From the NCBI GenBank assembly GCA_977016875.1, contig CDRNST010000359.1:372001-436000 (forward strand): a stretch of DNA of 64,000 nucleotides, written 5' to 3'. This DNA comes from Pavona decussata. Taxonomy: Eukaryota. Positions within the stretch are counted from its first letter, which is position 1. Every line of letters starts with the position of its first letter. Position numbers and translations under genes: made by a program. Positions 53,358-64,000 of the stretch are shown here, piece after piece. The notes under the pieces are model-generated. The model had not been told where the DNA came from, searched no databases, and saw only the letters and a program-made list of their open reading frames with translations.

Positions 53358-54660
53358 ATATGCCATACTGGAAAATGATTTAACAGACATTGCATGGCTT
53401 CTGCAAGAACTGGAGAATAGTGCGGCAGCTTCAGAACACAATGTGAGATATCAACTCACTTCCTCAAACTTAACAAGCATAGTAAAGTCCATGGATACAG
53501 AATATGACAGAAATGAACTAAAAGCAACAATATTTGCAACCCAAAGCCGTAAAGACGTGGAAGCTTTAGGGATCAAAGCTGATAGAGCAGTGCACTTTCT
53601 GAAGAATAGCTTTCAAGCAGCTGAAGAATGCCAAAATGCTCTAGTTACAGCAGGAGATATGTTTGAACTGCGACTCAAGCACAAAAAAGAAGTCATTGAG
53701 AAGAAGATACATCAAATAGATGAGAAAGTCGTTAAACTTGGAGACCTGTTGCCTAAGTTAAGAAGACAGAGATTTAGATACTGAAAAGTGTATGCTAAAA
53801 GATAGCACAGCCCGCATTACTAATCTATAAACCAAACAAGAAAGTTCTTGCAGCAATGCAAACGAAAATTAGCCACACAACTTATTGAAGAGAACCGAAT
53901 AAAAAGATGCAAGATCTGTTCAGGGGTACACCCCCAATTGTTGGACAGTGATGATAAGGAGTACATGAAAAGAGCCAGCGAGGAAAAAGCACAGCTCGTG
54001 GAAGACGGCGTGATTGTGATCTTTACACAAACAAATGTGTAAAGAAGAAAGATTTCCTTTCAATTGGAAGCTACCATTTATACAGGAAAGGGAAAAAGTT
54101 GATCAAAAGTGCTACCACGGTACCGAACAGAGGGAGACCAAGAAACAAATCATCCCGAGCTGCCAAGGCACACCTGGGGAAGTGGTTGTTTGGCTCAAAG
54201 AAACCATCAAAACAGAACAAGTATCAAACGAATGTACCCACCATCAATATGCTCAGCATATTTATGAAAAAGGAGAGAAAGAAGGCCTAGTCATTTCTAT
54301 GGTCGACAAAGCCTACCTTCGTCCTGGAACAGATGTTGGAATGAGATGTCAAAACTACGAGAATTTGTGACGTTGCTGATGAAGAAAAACGAAGAAAGCT
54401 GCCCAGCACGATTTTAGCATTCCACAAGTTCATATTACCCCATCCTCATTTCGCTCATGGTTGGACATGTTGCAAACCGACCAAAGCACTACATAGGAAG
54501 TTGTGGTAGCATTTGGGCGTCAGATACCATGTTTATACGAAGAGAACTTCCACAACTTTTGGAATTTCAAGAAGACCGATGCAGAACTTGTAGCATTCAA
54601 CTTTGAAGATTTTTCACCCATGTTCATGAATGTGCATTCTACTTTGAGGATACCACCATG
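53358..54660 (+). pseudogene. Zator-like DNA transposase relic
   Basis: ATTV.NR.RPRNKSSRAAKAH, VISM(V)DKAYLRPG (S.DDKA-like) and an LP.HDF-like motif; many frameshifts. Confidence 0.55.
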
Positions 54661-54689
54661 TATGAAAATGTCATGGCATGCGCAGACAA

Positions 54690-55529
54690 TTTAAATTGCT
54701 TGGAGTCTGTGGCTTCCACCGGGAAAGATTCTTCCAGTGCGCAAATCTCCTCAAGAGCTTGGTCAAGGTCTGAAGCGGGCTCTGCGTCAGTTCCAGACGA
54801 ACTTTCTTTCTCTCAAATTTTGCACGTGAACTTTTCCTTGATCAATTTTAATCGATCTCGCACTGAACGCATGGTCACACGGAATTTTGCTGTTTGACAG
54901 TTATTCAGGCGATTTGAAATTTCTTCCCAAACTTTACCTCTCTCGACCGTTCTTTCTCTAAACCGATGAGGTTGACTGACGAGTATTTCACGGCAGAGTA
55001 GGACATCATGCTCTTCCTTCCATTCCATGCTCGCTAATTCTCTAAATAAAGACGAAGCAAATCATGAAAAAATTGCTTGCTCCGCATTTGGCGCTTCCAA
55101 GTCAGAGCTCAGTATAAAATATCACGTCTTTCATTTATAAGGCGAACCGGCCGAGCATACAAGTTCCTTTTTGTTTTGGAAAGCAAGAAAATTTCGAATT
55201 CGTGCACGTGTTTAAGCCAAATGCTTCGCCGTAACTGCGATGCAAAGTGAAAATGGTTATTGATAATTTCAACCCTCTTCTTATCGCTTTATTGGTAAAA
55301 ACAAGGAATCACAAAGAATGTTCATGTAATGGGATTCAAAAAGTTGAAAATATATCAAAATTTATGGGAAAATCATGAAAACAGTGCACACGTTGACTGG
55401 TGGAAGCTAAAGCCCTCTTCTCATGTCCTCAACACAGGCTGGACCGCAATCTGCGTGGACCAGGCATGCGCAATGTGGTCTACACGTTAATTTACTTCCG
55501 GTCAGCCGTCCGGGTATCTTAAACTCTCT
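54690..55529 (-). mobile_element. Truncated Harbinger-type element end with Myb-like gene start (55028)
   Basis: MEWKEEHDVLLCREIL... paralogous to 27174; terminus ...cttaaactctct|ACT, resembling the AGAGAG TIR and ANT target of 13253-18473. Confidence 0.75.
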
Positions 55530-56229
55530 ACTGATGGTGATGACAACAATGACTGGCACGACAACGAGTATGATAACAGGAGCAGATCACAATGTAGTTC
55601 TCCAACAAGTTTAACGTTCCAGCCAAGAGGAAGGTCATGATGACGATGAACAAGAAGTGAATGATGACATAGAAGATGAATTCTGTTCAAGAGTGGGGAC
55701 AACGTGTTACAAAATTTGATCTCAAAGATTTTTTGGAGATTCTGACTAAAGTGGCAAGTCAATGTTCCCCATGTAGCTATCCACATAACTGATTTTAGTT
55801 GACGGGTAAGTCACTGGTTTTCTTAGTGAATAAACACTTAGGCGGATTTAAAAGATGTCAGTATTAGCAGAAGATTTTATGTAAGTGAACATCTTGTTCT
55901 CTTGTCACTTTTCAAAGTTGAACGTAGAACCCTTCATTTCTAAGGACCAACAGAAATATAATTCAATGTCATATGTGATAAGAGACCAAGGATTTCTCAC
56001 CCACTTCCTGTCAAATCTTTAGTAAGATTTCCAGACAGTTATGTAATTGAACCAAGCAAAACAGCTCTTTTGCCAAATCTCAGACAGAGATTTCCAGGCG
56101 GTTTTTTCAGAACAATACAGCTCTGTTTACCTCTGAAAAATATTGACAATACCATGAAACAAACAGGCAAGAAGTCCAATCACTTAAACGGTCAACGAGC
56201 GGATGGCCTGTTCAGCATCTCTTAGTGTG

Positions 56230-56756
56230 GCTTCACATTGTTGCAGTTCCTCTCTGATACATCCCAACTGCTGATCTGCAAAATTTGCTCTCTAGTATGA
56301 GAGACCATCTGTATAGTAAACTAACAGTTCCTCGTTTGCCTGGATAGCCCTCTTCACCTTCAGCCAAACATTACTCTTTCGTTTTGCAAACACACAGTTA
56401 ACTAGTTGATTTATTAACCTGGCAAACTTTGATTTTATCAATGCGAAGGGGATGGTGCCCTCATTTGCAATTCTTCCCAGACCTGTTTCGTACTGATTTT
56501 CTGCACCATCCAAATCCAAGGGAAATCCTGGCCCTTCAACAGTAATCAGATAATCACCTGACCAATTGCCATTGTGACAACGTATGGTTGTTGTTGGTGC
56601 GTAGGAGCAAATGAAAGTACCAGCTGGAATCGGCTTCACTGTAAACAACCCATCACCTGTTGATTTCCTGCCAATTCCAACGCATCTGCTCTTTCTCACT
56701 TGGATGTGCCCTTCTGCTGCAGATAGAGACGAATTTTGCTCCCTTGGGCAGGTCCT
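56230..56756 (-). pseudogene. SET-domain exon
   Basis: VRKS...GDGLFTVKPIPAGTFICSY...GLGRIANE...NCVF...VWLKVKRAIQANEELLVYY...SY* (expected W replaced by stop); AG acceptor at 56757-56758. Confidence 0.8.
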
Positions 56757-57072
56757 CTAAAAAGAAACAAAGGGATAGTTACATACGACCATTTTTGTTA
56801 GGCTTGATCATTAATATTCCTCAAGTAACAGGTGTTACGAAACGCGCAACAATATCTCTCTGTTAGTAGGCTCAACCTGTAGGAAACCCGAATATCTTGA
56901 GACGTGCAGAACGTATGCTCAGTCACAAATTAAAAGTACGCACCGTCCTTAACTCTAGTGCCTCAATTTTACTGATAATGGATACGTCTGAATTTTATTG
57001 GATAGACTAAACGGCTTTCTTGTTTTCATTTTCAGGGGAAAAAAGAGTTCCTCTGTTAATGTTAGGTTTTAC

Positions 57073-58367
57073 CCGTCCAGTTCAATGTAACATTCATGCG
57101 GAGGACTGCTGGCTTGATGAGGTGATATCACATGTTGATTTGCTTTCTGCCTGGTAAAAGAGTAGACCTGTTCTTCAAAGGCCTTTCCTGCCAAGGGAAC
57201 TTCCCAAGTAGGTGGCCTCCTTACATAACCCAATCAGGATACCCTGCTAGTCGCAACTGGTCAAGATCAACAGAAGCGAACCAGAACAAGACTACATCCT
57301 CGGAGCTGTTGATCTCAGTTCCAATGATATGGTTTCTGGTCAAACCACAGTACAAAGGTCCAATGTGGTTTTCTCTCGCTATCCTTTGAAGTTTCAACAT
57401 TCTGTTATCTTGGCAATACCCGGTGAACACGTGACAATGTCCGCTTACAACGAGTAAGGCATTCAGACTTAGATAAAAGGGCCTATCTTTGCTTGCAAGC
57501 CTGGGATCAAAAAAAAGACATTAAAACCGCTTTTTCGGCTGCGTTGAGACTTTCGCAATTTAGGGCGATTGCATCTAGAATACGCAGCTCGCTGTCTTAC
57601 AGAACTGTCAAGAACTCAAACCAGAATTTTTTTAGGGGTCTGTCATGGAAATCCTTGGGCTCTTGTATTCCCTCTCATGGCATCTGATAGCAAAACTGTG
57701 TTTTCCCTTTACACACAAATAAGTCTAGCAAAAATTGAACTCCAAGTAACGACAAGTGGCCCTTAAATTGTTCCAGAACTTCACCTGTGTCTTTATTCCT
57801 GATATAATGAACAGGAAACAGTTCACGTGCATCGATGCAGTTTAATCTCGTGTACGTTGTGTTTCGCAAAGGGCTTTCGCTTTCAGGATCTACCCCTAGT
57901 GTAAGCCCATTACTATCATTTACGACCACAGTGTTAATGTCAAGGGGTGGTGAAAGATTCAATTGACCTCGTTCTGTTATAGAAGTATTGTATGCACTTC
58001 CCTCTAGACTTGCGGTGTGCAGATCTTCTTCGACTCGACATTCCCTCAGTATTTCGTCTGGAACCGTCTTTTAAGCGTTGTTCACTTCCCTACTAGTAGG
58101 GTGGCTGACAGGCTCTTTCAAGAACGTAAGAATTGGAAACTGTTGTAGATTTCGGTGTACGGCCATTGACTCAATCAAGGAAGATGCTGACACTTCCGCT
58201 ATTTGAGGCTTTCGTCTAAAGTTCTGGGAATCCGGAAGATCATCTTCATGTTCTTCCCTCAGTGATTGCTCTTTCATTGCCGTCCAGAGAAGTTTTCCCA
58301 CCTCTTCTGTTTGTTGTCGTGTGAGCTGAAATTTTTGCTGGATGGCTAATCGTAACTTGTTAACAAC
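57073..58367 (-). pseudogene. Exon encoding a staphylococcal nuclease (thermonuclease)-like domain with insertions
   Basis: Ordered motifs VVVNDSNGL, TRLNCIDARE, KDFHDRPL, SLNALLVVSGHCHVF, IARENHIGPLY. Several stops and one frameshift in an A8 run near 57510. Confidence 0.65.
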
Positions 58368-58815
58368 CTAAGCAGAAAGAAAATATTGCGCATTAATCGT
58401 AAAAAAAGAAAAGCAACAAGACGTCATTTTTATGAATTCAGAATTCATTTCGTTTTTCTTTTCAAATTCAATATTTAAAGTGGACAGCAAAGAACAATAG
58501 AACAAAAGGATTCTGGTAGTCATAGTAAAATGACGTCAGTGAAAATGTCCTATTGTATATTTAGAGCGATTTTCGTATGACCTTGAAATGTTTACGTGTG
58601 AACAGAACGCAAACAATAGACTAAACGAACAGAAATCTAGCCGCTTGATTAGATAGGGTCTAGTCAAATTTTCTATCGAACATACACAAACGCGCGCGGA
58701 TTTTGATTGGTCTTGCGAACATGCAATGTTTTCTAGCGAACAGCTAGCGAACTAAAAGTAATTTTTTGATTTTCCTGTCGCTACTTCGCGAGATACGGTC
58801 TCAAAACAAGCAGAA

Positions 58816-59826
58816 ATGCCAGACTGGAAGCAGAACAAATTTGAGGGGGTGTACAAATTTGGAGCGGCATATCCGATGCAAAAGAGGTATCAGATTTTAA
58901 AAGACTTCGCAGCAACTGGTAGTTTTTCTGCCAGTGCGCGTGAAAACCGTGTTAGCTACAACACTGCACGATCGATCTGCGACAAATTTGTAACGACTGG
59001 CGATTGTCAACCTGGAGCGAGAGGACGGCCAGACTGTAAAATGCAACCCTTCATGGCAGCCTACCTGGAGGCTATGGTTTTGGTAAATCCATTTTTGTAT
59101 CTAGACGAAATGCAAGACAGGCTGATGACTGATCTGAATTTATTACCAAACGAAGTCCCGTCGGTGCCCGTAATTTGTCGAACTCTTCACGAACTTAATT
59201 TATCAAAACACAAGTCCACCAAGGTCCCTCAAGAGCGGTTTACGCCATACAACTTGGTGAGAAGGCGAGCTTTTGTCCAGTGGTGGGACCGTCAAGACCC
59301 AGCGAAATTGTTTTTTGGGGATGAGACGGCCTTCAACAAACTGACGGATGTGCGATCTTCGGGTTGGTGCAGCGTCGGTGAAGTAGTTTCTAGTGTCGAA
59401 CCGAAGCAAGACGTAAGAGAAAAAATCTCCGCTTTCGCAGTGGTAGGCTACAATGAAGGAGTAGTTAATTGCTACCCGGCTGCCGGTAGTTTTAATGCCG
59501 TTTCCTTAACAAACGCCATCGACCATCATTTCCTCCCGTACTTACCAAGAGACAGTTTCCTTGTTCTCGACAATGCTTCAGTGCACAACGACGTTGCTGT
59601 GCAGAATGTTTTGTCACGCAAGAACATAACTCTCGTGAAAATGCCAACATATTCTTTTGACTTTAATCCCATTGAAAGCATTTTCGGAATTGTCAAAGCC
59701 AATGCTTTAAGGACACCAGGTTCTATCCGTGAAAACGGGATGGTGAGCATCATAAATGCTTTTGCAGGTGTAACTGTTCCGGTAGTGCAGTCATTTTACC
59801 GAAGAAGCTGGCAAGTCGAATTCTAG
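58816..59826 (+). CDS. IS630/Tc1-superfamily DD34E transposase with paired-like N-terminal domain, intact and intronless (336 aa)
   Basis: FGDET, LDNASVH and PTYSFDFNPIE with 34 residues between the second D and E. N-terminus NKFEGVYKFG...VSYNT...TG...PG resembles a paired domain. Confidence 0.92.
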   Translation: MPDWKQNKFEGVYKFGAAYPMQKRYQILKDFAATGSFSASARENRVSYNTARSICDKFVTTGDCQPGARGRPDCKMQPFMAAYLEAMVLVNPFLYLDEMQDRLMTDLNLLPNEVPSVPVICRTLHELNLSKHKSTKVPQERFTPYNLVRRRAFVQWWDRQDPAKLFFGDETAFNKLTDVRSSGWCSVGEVVSSVEPKQDVREKISAFAVVGYNEGVVNCYPAAGSFNAVSLTNAIDHHFLPYLPRDSFLVLDNASVHNDVAVQNVLSRKNITLVKMPTYSFDFNPIESIFGIVKANALRTPGSIRENGMVSIINAFAGVTVPVVQSFYRRSWQVEF

Positions 59827-59923
59827 TTGGAACGTCATGATTTTGATTGTTCTTGCCAGCTTCTTCGGTAAAATGACTGCACTACCGGAAAAGTTCACCT
59901 GTAAAAGCATTCATGATGCTCAC
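59743..59923. repeat. Inverted repeat with about 72-bp arms and a 36-nt loop over the transposase stop codon
   Basis: 59743-59815 vs 59852-59923: inner 39 bp perfect, 3 mismatches and 1 indel overall. Confidence 0.95.
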
Positions 59924-62371
59924 GATTATTATTCTATTGACCCTCAGTCTGCAATCTATCCCTGACTTTTGAAAACAAGCGAAATATGACTCGCCAAACT
60001 TTGATAAAAATATTGTCAATTCAATATACTGCATACGAAGGTCTGTTGCGTGCGATCACTTTGTACTTCAATAGTCATGATCAGTTGTCTTTGTTTATTT
60101 CAGTACTAGTCCAATATAAAGCTTGAGATTTATATGCAGTGGTGATGGCAGACTTTGGGTTATAAAGTAACCATAAGAATAATTTTTACAGGCATTTTAT
60201 TTAAATCGCATGGGCGAAGTAAAATTGAGGCATTGTACTTGTTTATAATATTAAACAAGGAAGGAAAAGCTAAATTGCACGAAGCTAAATCAAGGGGGCG
60301 AAACGAAATACTCATTCCTAAAGTCACACACACCTGCACGCACACCCAGACGGAAAGATCGAGCAAATCCTTAGGTTTACTAAACAGGGGAACGTGAAAA
60401 TCTAAAATAGTAAAACTTTATTTACCTGTTTTAAGTTTTGGCTTCACGCGGAGAGTTGCTGGACGGTCCACAAAACAACACTCTATCGCTAACAGCAAAG
60501 CAACTAGTCCAAACAAACTCAAAGAGGTCATTTTTCCCGTTTAAGGCGATCCTCTTCTGTGTGGGAACAAACTATTACTTTGTGATGATGTTTTCTCTAA
60601 GATACTGCAGTGTGATTAAAGCTGCAGCATGCAGATGAAGAAGAAGTCAAAAAGCCACCATATCAATTGAATTTCGTCGCAAATGCGCCAAGTTGGCTGA
60701 TTCATGTTAGTTTTCAAGTCCTTAATTGAAAAACTTTTCTGGTTTCCGAAATCCAGCTTTCGCAATTTTGTTTCAATAAGATCCATTCCGTTTTCTCAAC
60801 AAACAATTTGAGAAAGAAATCATGTACGGGCGAGCGCTGTCTTCTGTCTTGTAGATAAGCCAATAAGACACTAGGAATTTTCCTTCTCGTCCAATCAGGA
60901 ACAAAGAAATTTTGCCGGGAGAACTATGATCCAAATAGGATCAGTGATGCGAGCTGTGCATCAAAAGAGCCGGTGAATCCTTGCTCAGAGTGGATTCACA
61001 GGTTCCTCCCTGTTTTCAGCTGATACTCGGGCCATATTTGACTGCGTGGTACGTAAGCCTACAATCTTTTGGCAGTGATAGATGGAAATTTTTAGTTTGT
61101 TAGTTCAAATTCCAACCCTGCAGGCCAAGATTTGTCCCACCTCATTAATGATCAACAACCATATTAGCCAATCAAATTATCCTTCTCCATCGGATAATAA
61201 TGAAAAAGAACAATGTCATTGAACAGTATTGAGTATGATTTAAATATGTTAAAAAAACTTAATCAACAGCCATGCTCTGCAAGACTGAAACAACCCACTC
61301 AGTCTCTGTGGAAAGCATTTCGTTTTTACAGCTAATGAAAGGAAATATTCAGAACCCATTTTTAGGTAGTTGATTTCTCCAGCAAAAAAAAATAAAATAG
61401 GTAATAAACAAAATAAAATTAACTTTGCTGGCAGATTTCTCGTTTTGCTTGTTTAGCTAAACATCAATAACATTCTTGTATGCTTTTTAGCGTGTATAAT
61501 TTTTTTTTCTAAAAGGACATGTTTAAGCAAGTTTTTATATATTTTAGAGTTAAAAGTTAACAGGCCATTGGAAATTCCAACTTGGAGGGGGTGTCTCAAC
61601 AGCGAAAATTTATAAGGGAAAGTATGAAGCTTAATTGGAGATTCCAGGGGGGGTGGGTGGGGGTTTAAATACACAAAAAAATCCATTGGGGAGGTATGAA
61701 TTTTCAGAAACCAAACAATGTAACACATCACTGACCAGGCAAAAATCTCAAAATAGAAATATATTTGTAGGTGCATGCTTCATTGTTATGTTTTAAATGC
61801 ATGCTTGATAAAATTTTTTCATTAGTTACATCTAAACTGCTCTTATAGAACAAATGTACAAAATTCACAATTGATGTTAAGTCAGTCTAAAAATTGTAAA
61901 GCCACTCAATGTACTGCAAGCAACAATGTTAGAATGGCTACCATTAAGAATTATACAGGCTTAATTGAAATCTGTATTCTCCAAGTCATGTGTAAAATAA
62001 ATACTGACAACTTATGCAATGCAAGCTACCACACGTGAAATATTGTGATAATTAATATTTGCTGCAAATCGTTATACTTGAATTTTAAGTTCAGTTGACT
62101 TAGAAAACTGTGGTAAAACTGGCATGGTCAAACAACTTTGAGTAAAACTAATAAATTATCAAAAAGTCCAGTTCCCTCTCTCTCTCTCTTTTTTTTTTCT
62201 TTTTTACACCATGGGCAAATTCATTCAATTGGCACATAATCACGTTTATACCTTACACTGGGGTATACCCTTTCATAAGCATTTCCATTGTTACTTCAAA
62301 ATATAATGTTCGAGAATGACAGGCTTTAGCCACACCATTATGCTAGTAACTAAGCTTTTTGTGAGCCTCCC

Positions 62372-62718
62372 TTAAGAATGATTTTTCAATTTGACCTTGA
62401 ATTAAAGGGAAATCAATGGAGAACACAAACTTTGTTCTCAGTGAACTGAAGCAAATGGATAAAACTTGGATGAAGTTGGTCTGTAAGAGTACATGCCAAA
62501 CAAAATGACTCCGTTAATGGTTGAGTACAGATTGTAGTTACATGTATCCCCTAAGACATCATTTTTTTTTTATTTCTCAGCATTCTGACAGGTCAATCAA
62601 ACAAGCTTGCTCCATGCGTTACCAAGGAAACATGCAAAGCTTGTTTTAATTTGCAATTTAGTGGGTGATTAAACAAACACTCAAGTAAGTAAATTAAGGT
62701 CAAACAAAAATCACTTCA
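62372..62718. mobile_element. Degenerate MITE; a related terminus occurs at 58562-58590
   Basis: gatttttcaatttgaccttgaatt ... aattaaggtcaaacaaaaatc imperfect TIRs. Confidence 0.45.
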
Positions 62719-62721
62719 ATA

Positions 62722-63696
62722 TTACATACGAATGTTTTCTGGAAGGGGATACCCACAGGAAAGGTTTGGGCAAGTGGATCCCAAGACATTTGATGAAGGC
62801 ACCTGATGGCCACACTTTTTGCAGAAGTGACATTTCCTGCTTGTACTCGTACAAGCATTCCCTGATGGGGATATCAAGGTCATTGCAATGGGTTTTAACT
62901 GCGTATTTGGAATATGATCAACTGCACTGGATGCAGAGTGAGAAAAAGAAATTACCTTAGGAGCATCCTGCCTTCTGCTTTCCTTAGGCAGAAGCTTGAG
63001 GAGCAAATCCACTGCATTGTACATATTATTCCCACATGCTTGAATAGCGCAAAGAATACCCTCCCTAGAATACTGGGGGAACATCTGTGCGAGCATTTCT
63101 TCAGTTGCAGTATTTTGGGTTGAGTTTTCAGTTGTATCTAACATTAATGTATTAAGAAATTCATTGTCTGGAAGCAACTGATTGGAAAAACTGTCTTGAG
63201 TTTGAATTTCAAGTAGTATTGCGTCAACAGCATCGTCCAACTGGCCATTTGCATCAGTGAGATGCTTTTTCAAATGGCAAGCTGGAAGCTGGGGAAACAT
63301 GCTTTCCAAGGGGGATGCTAGCCCCAAATTTACATGCTTCAGTGAAGTGAATTCTGTGTCAAATCCCAGTGTCTCCAACTCTGCCTCTTGCTTCTTCTGG
63401 CTGTTAATGACTCTCTGACTTATTGGCTTTTTTAGCTTTTCTCGCCAGGCTTGAGTGGCCAGGGCCATGTTTGACAAAGGGCTTCTCAACTTCTCCTTCT
63501 CAGTAAGGGAGACCATGTAGTTGTTAACAAACTTGTCATATTCGGACAGGTCCTTCCTTTTGCCCTTCAATTTCTCTAAAAAACAATGTACATCTTCCCT
63601 CAAATTAACATTATCATCAAAATAATGATGATGATGGGAATAATTATTATTATTACCATCATTAATATCATTGTTGTTGTTATGGTGGTAATACAA
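62722..63696 (-). CDS. ORF or terminal exon: HMG/YABBY-like helix motif + two CUE-like domains + C-terminal Zn ribbon
   Basis: KRKDLSEYDKFV..YM...AWRE; LESMFPQL...LDDAVDAILL; LAQMFPQY...NMYNAVDLLL; CKKC...CPNLSC. The Asn/His-rich first 30 aa may be intronic. Confidence 0.7.
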   Translation of the reverse strand: MYYHHNNNNDINDGNNNNYSHHHHYFDDNVNLREDVHCFLEKLKGKRKDLSEYDKFVNNYMVSLTEKEKLRSPLSNMALATQAWREKLKKPISQRVINSQKKQEAELETLGFDTEFTSLKHVNLGLASPLESMFPQLPACHLKKHLTDANGQLDDAVDAILLEIQTQDSFSNQLLPDNEFLNTLMLDTTENSTQNTATEEMLAQMFPQYSREGILCAIQACGNNMYNAVDLLLKLLPKESRRQDAPKVISFSHSASSAVDHIPNTQLKPIAMTLISPSGNACTSTSRKCHFCKKCGHQVPSSNVLGSTCPNLSCGYPLPENIRM

Positions 63697-64000
63697 ATTT
63701 CAAATTGTGTGTAAAAACCACTTACAGAGAAATACAAACTCCCTGACTAACACCCACCATACATCTCCAAATTATATGGCAATAGTCAAGAGCTCTATTT
63801 GAACTATAAATGTAATATGTAAGGAGCAAAATAAATTTCATAAAATAAAAAAATATTCTTAATTGGTCATTCCTCCAAGGGGACCATAAAGGAAAAAAAT
63901 GCATAGAACTTACTTAAAATGGGTTTCAGTTATTTTTGGTTTTAGTTTTAAAAGTCCCATTAAACAGTTACCAGACCAGTAAAGAATTGGAAATGAACAT

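Noticed and set aside
59830-62700. Fanzor/TnpB nuclease beside the IS630-like transposase
   Set aside because: No RuvC motifs or suitable ORF found; the hairpin is a copy of coding sequence, not an evident guide RNA.

Overview
Eukaryotic, AT-rich, intron-containing DNA, most likely from a cnidarian such as a stony coral (inferred from the transposon families). Almost the whole window is a nested transposable-element graveyard, and no intact host gene is evident. (1) 2.5-21.6 kb: three related copies of a segment with a Pro/Ser/Thr-rich exon and a piggyBac 3' end; two of the copies also carry an Armadillo-repeat exon. The third copy is split by a truncated BEL/Pao retrotransposon and a two-gene Harbinger-type element with an ATT target-site duplication (TSD). 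(2) 19.6-37.3 kb: one TTAA-flanked piggyBac of about 2.3 kb net, expanded to 17.7 kb by a BEL remnant, a mariner-type MITE, a Tx1/L1 LINE (itself holding a TTAA MITE and a Harbinger-type element) and a Gypsy-like element with unusual CG...CG LTRs and a 3-bp TSD (Troyka-like). (3) 38-55 kb: Penelope-like fragments, a solo LTR, a nest of MULE-like > ISL2EU foldback > hAT-like elements, and Sola-, Tc1-, Zator- and Myb-like relics. (4) 56-64 kb, the most novel part: a decayed gene that appears to join a staphylococcal-nuclease-like (SNase) domain to a SET domain, head-to-head with an intact paired-like DD34E IS630/Tc1 transposase whose stop codon lies in the loop of a 72-bp hairpin, followed by an open HMG-like/CUE/CUE/Zn-ribbon ORF. 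All calls come from reading the sequence by eye; no database searches were run.
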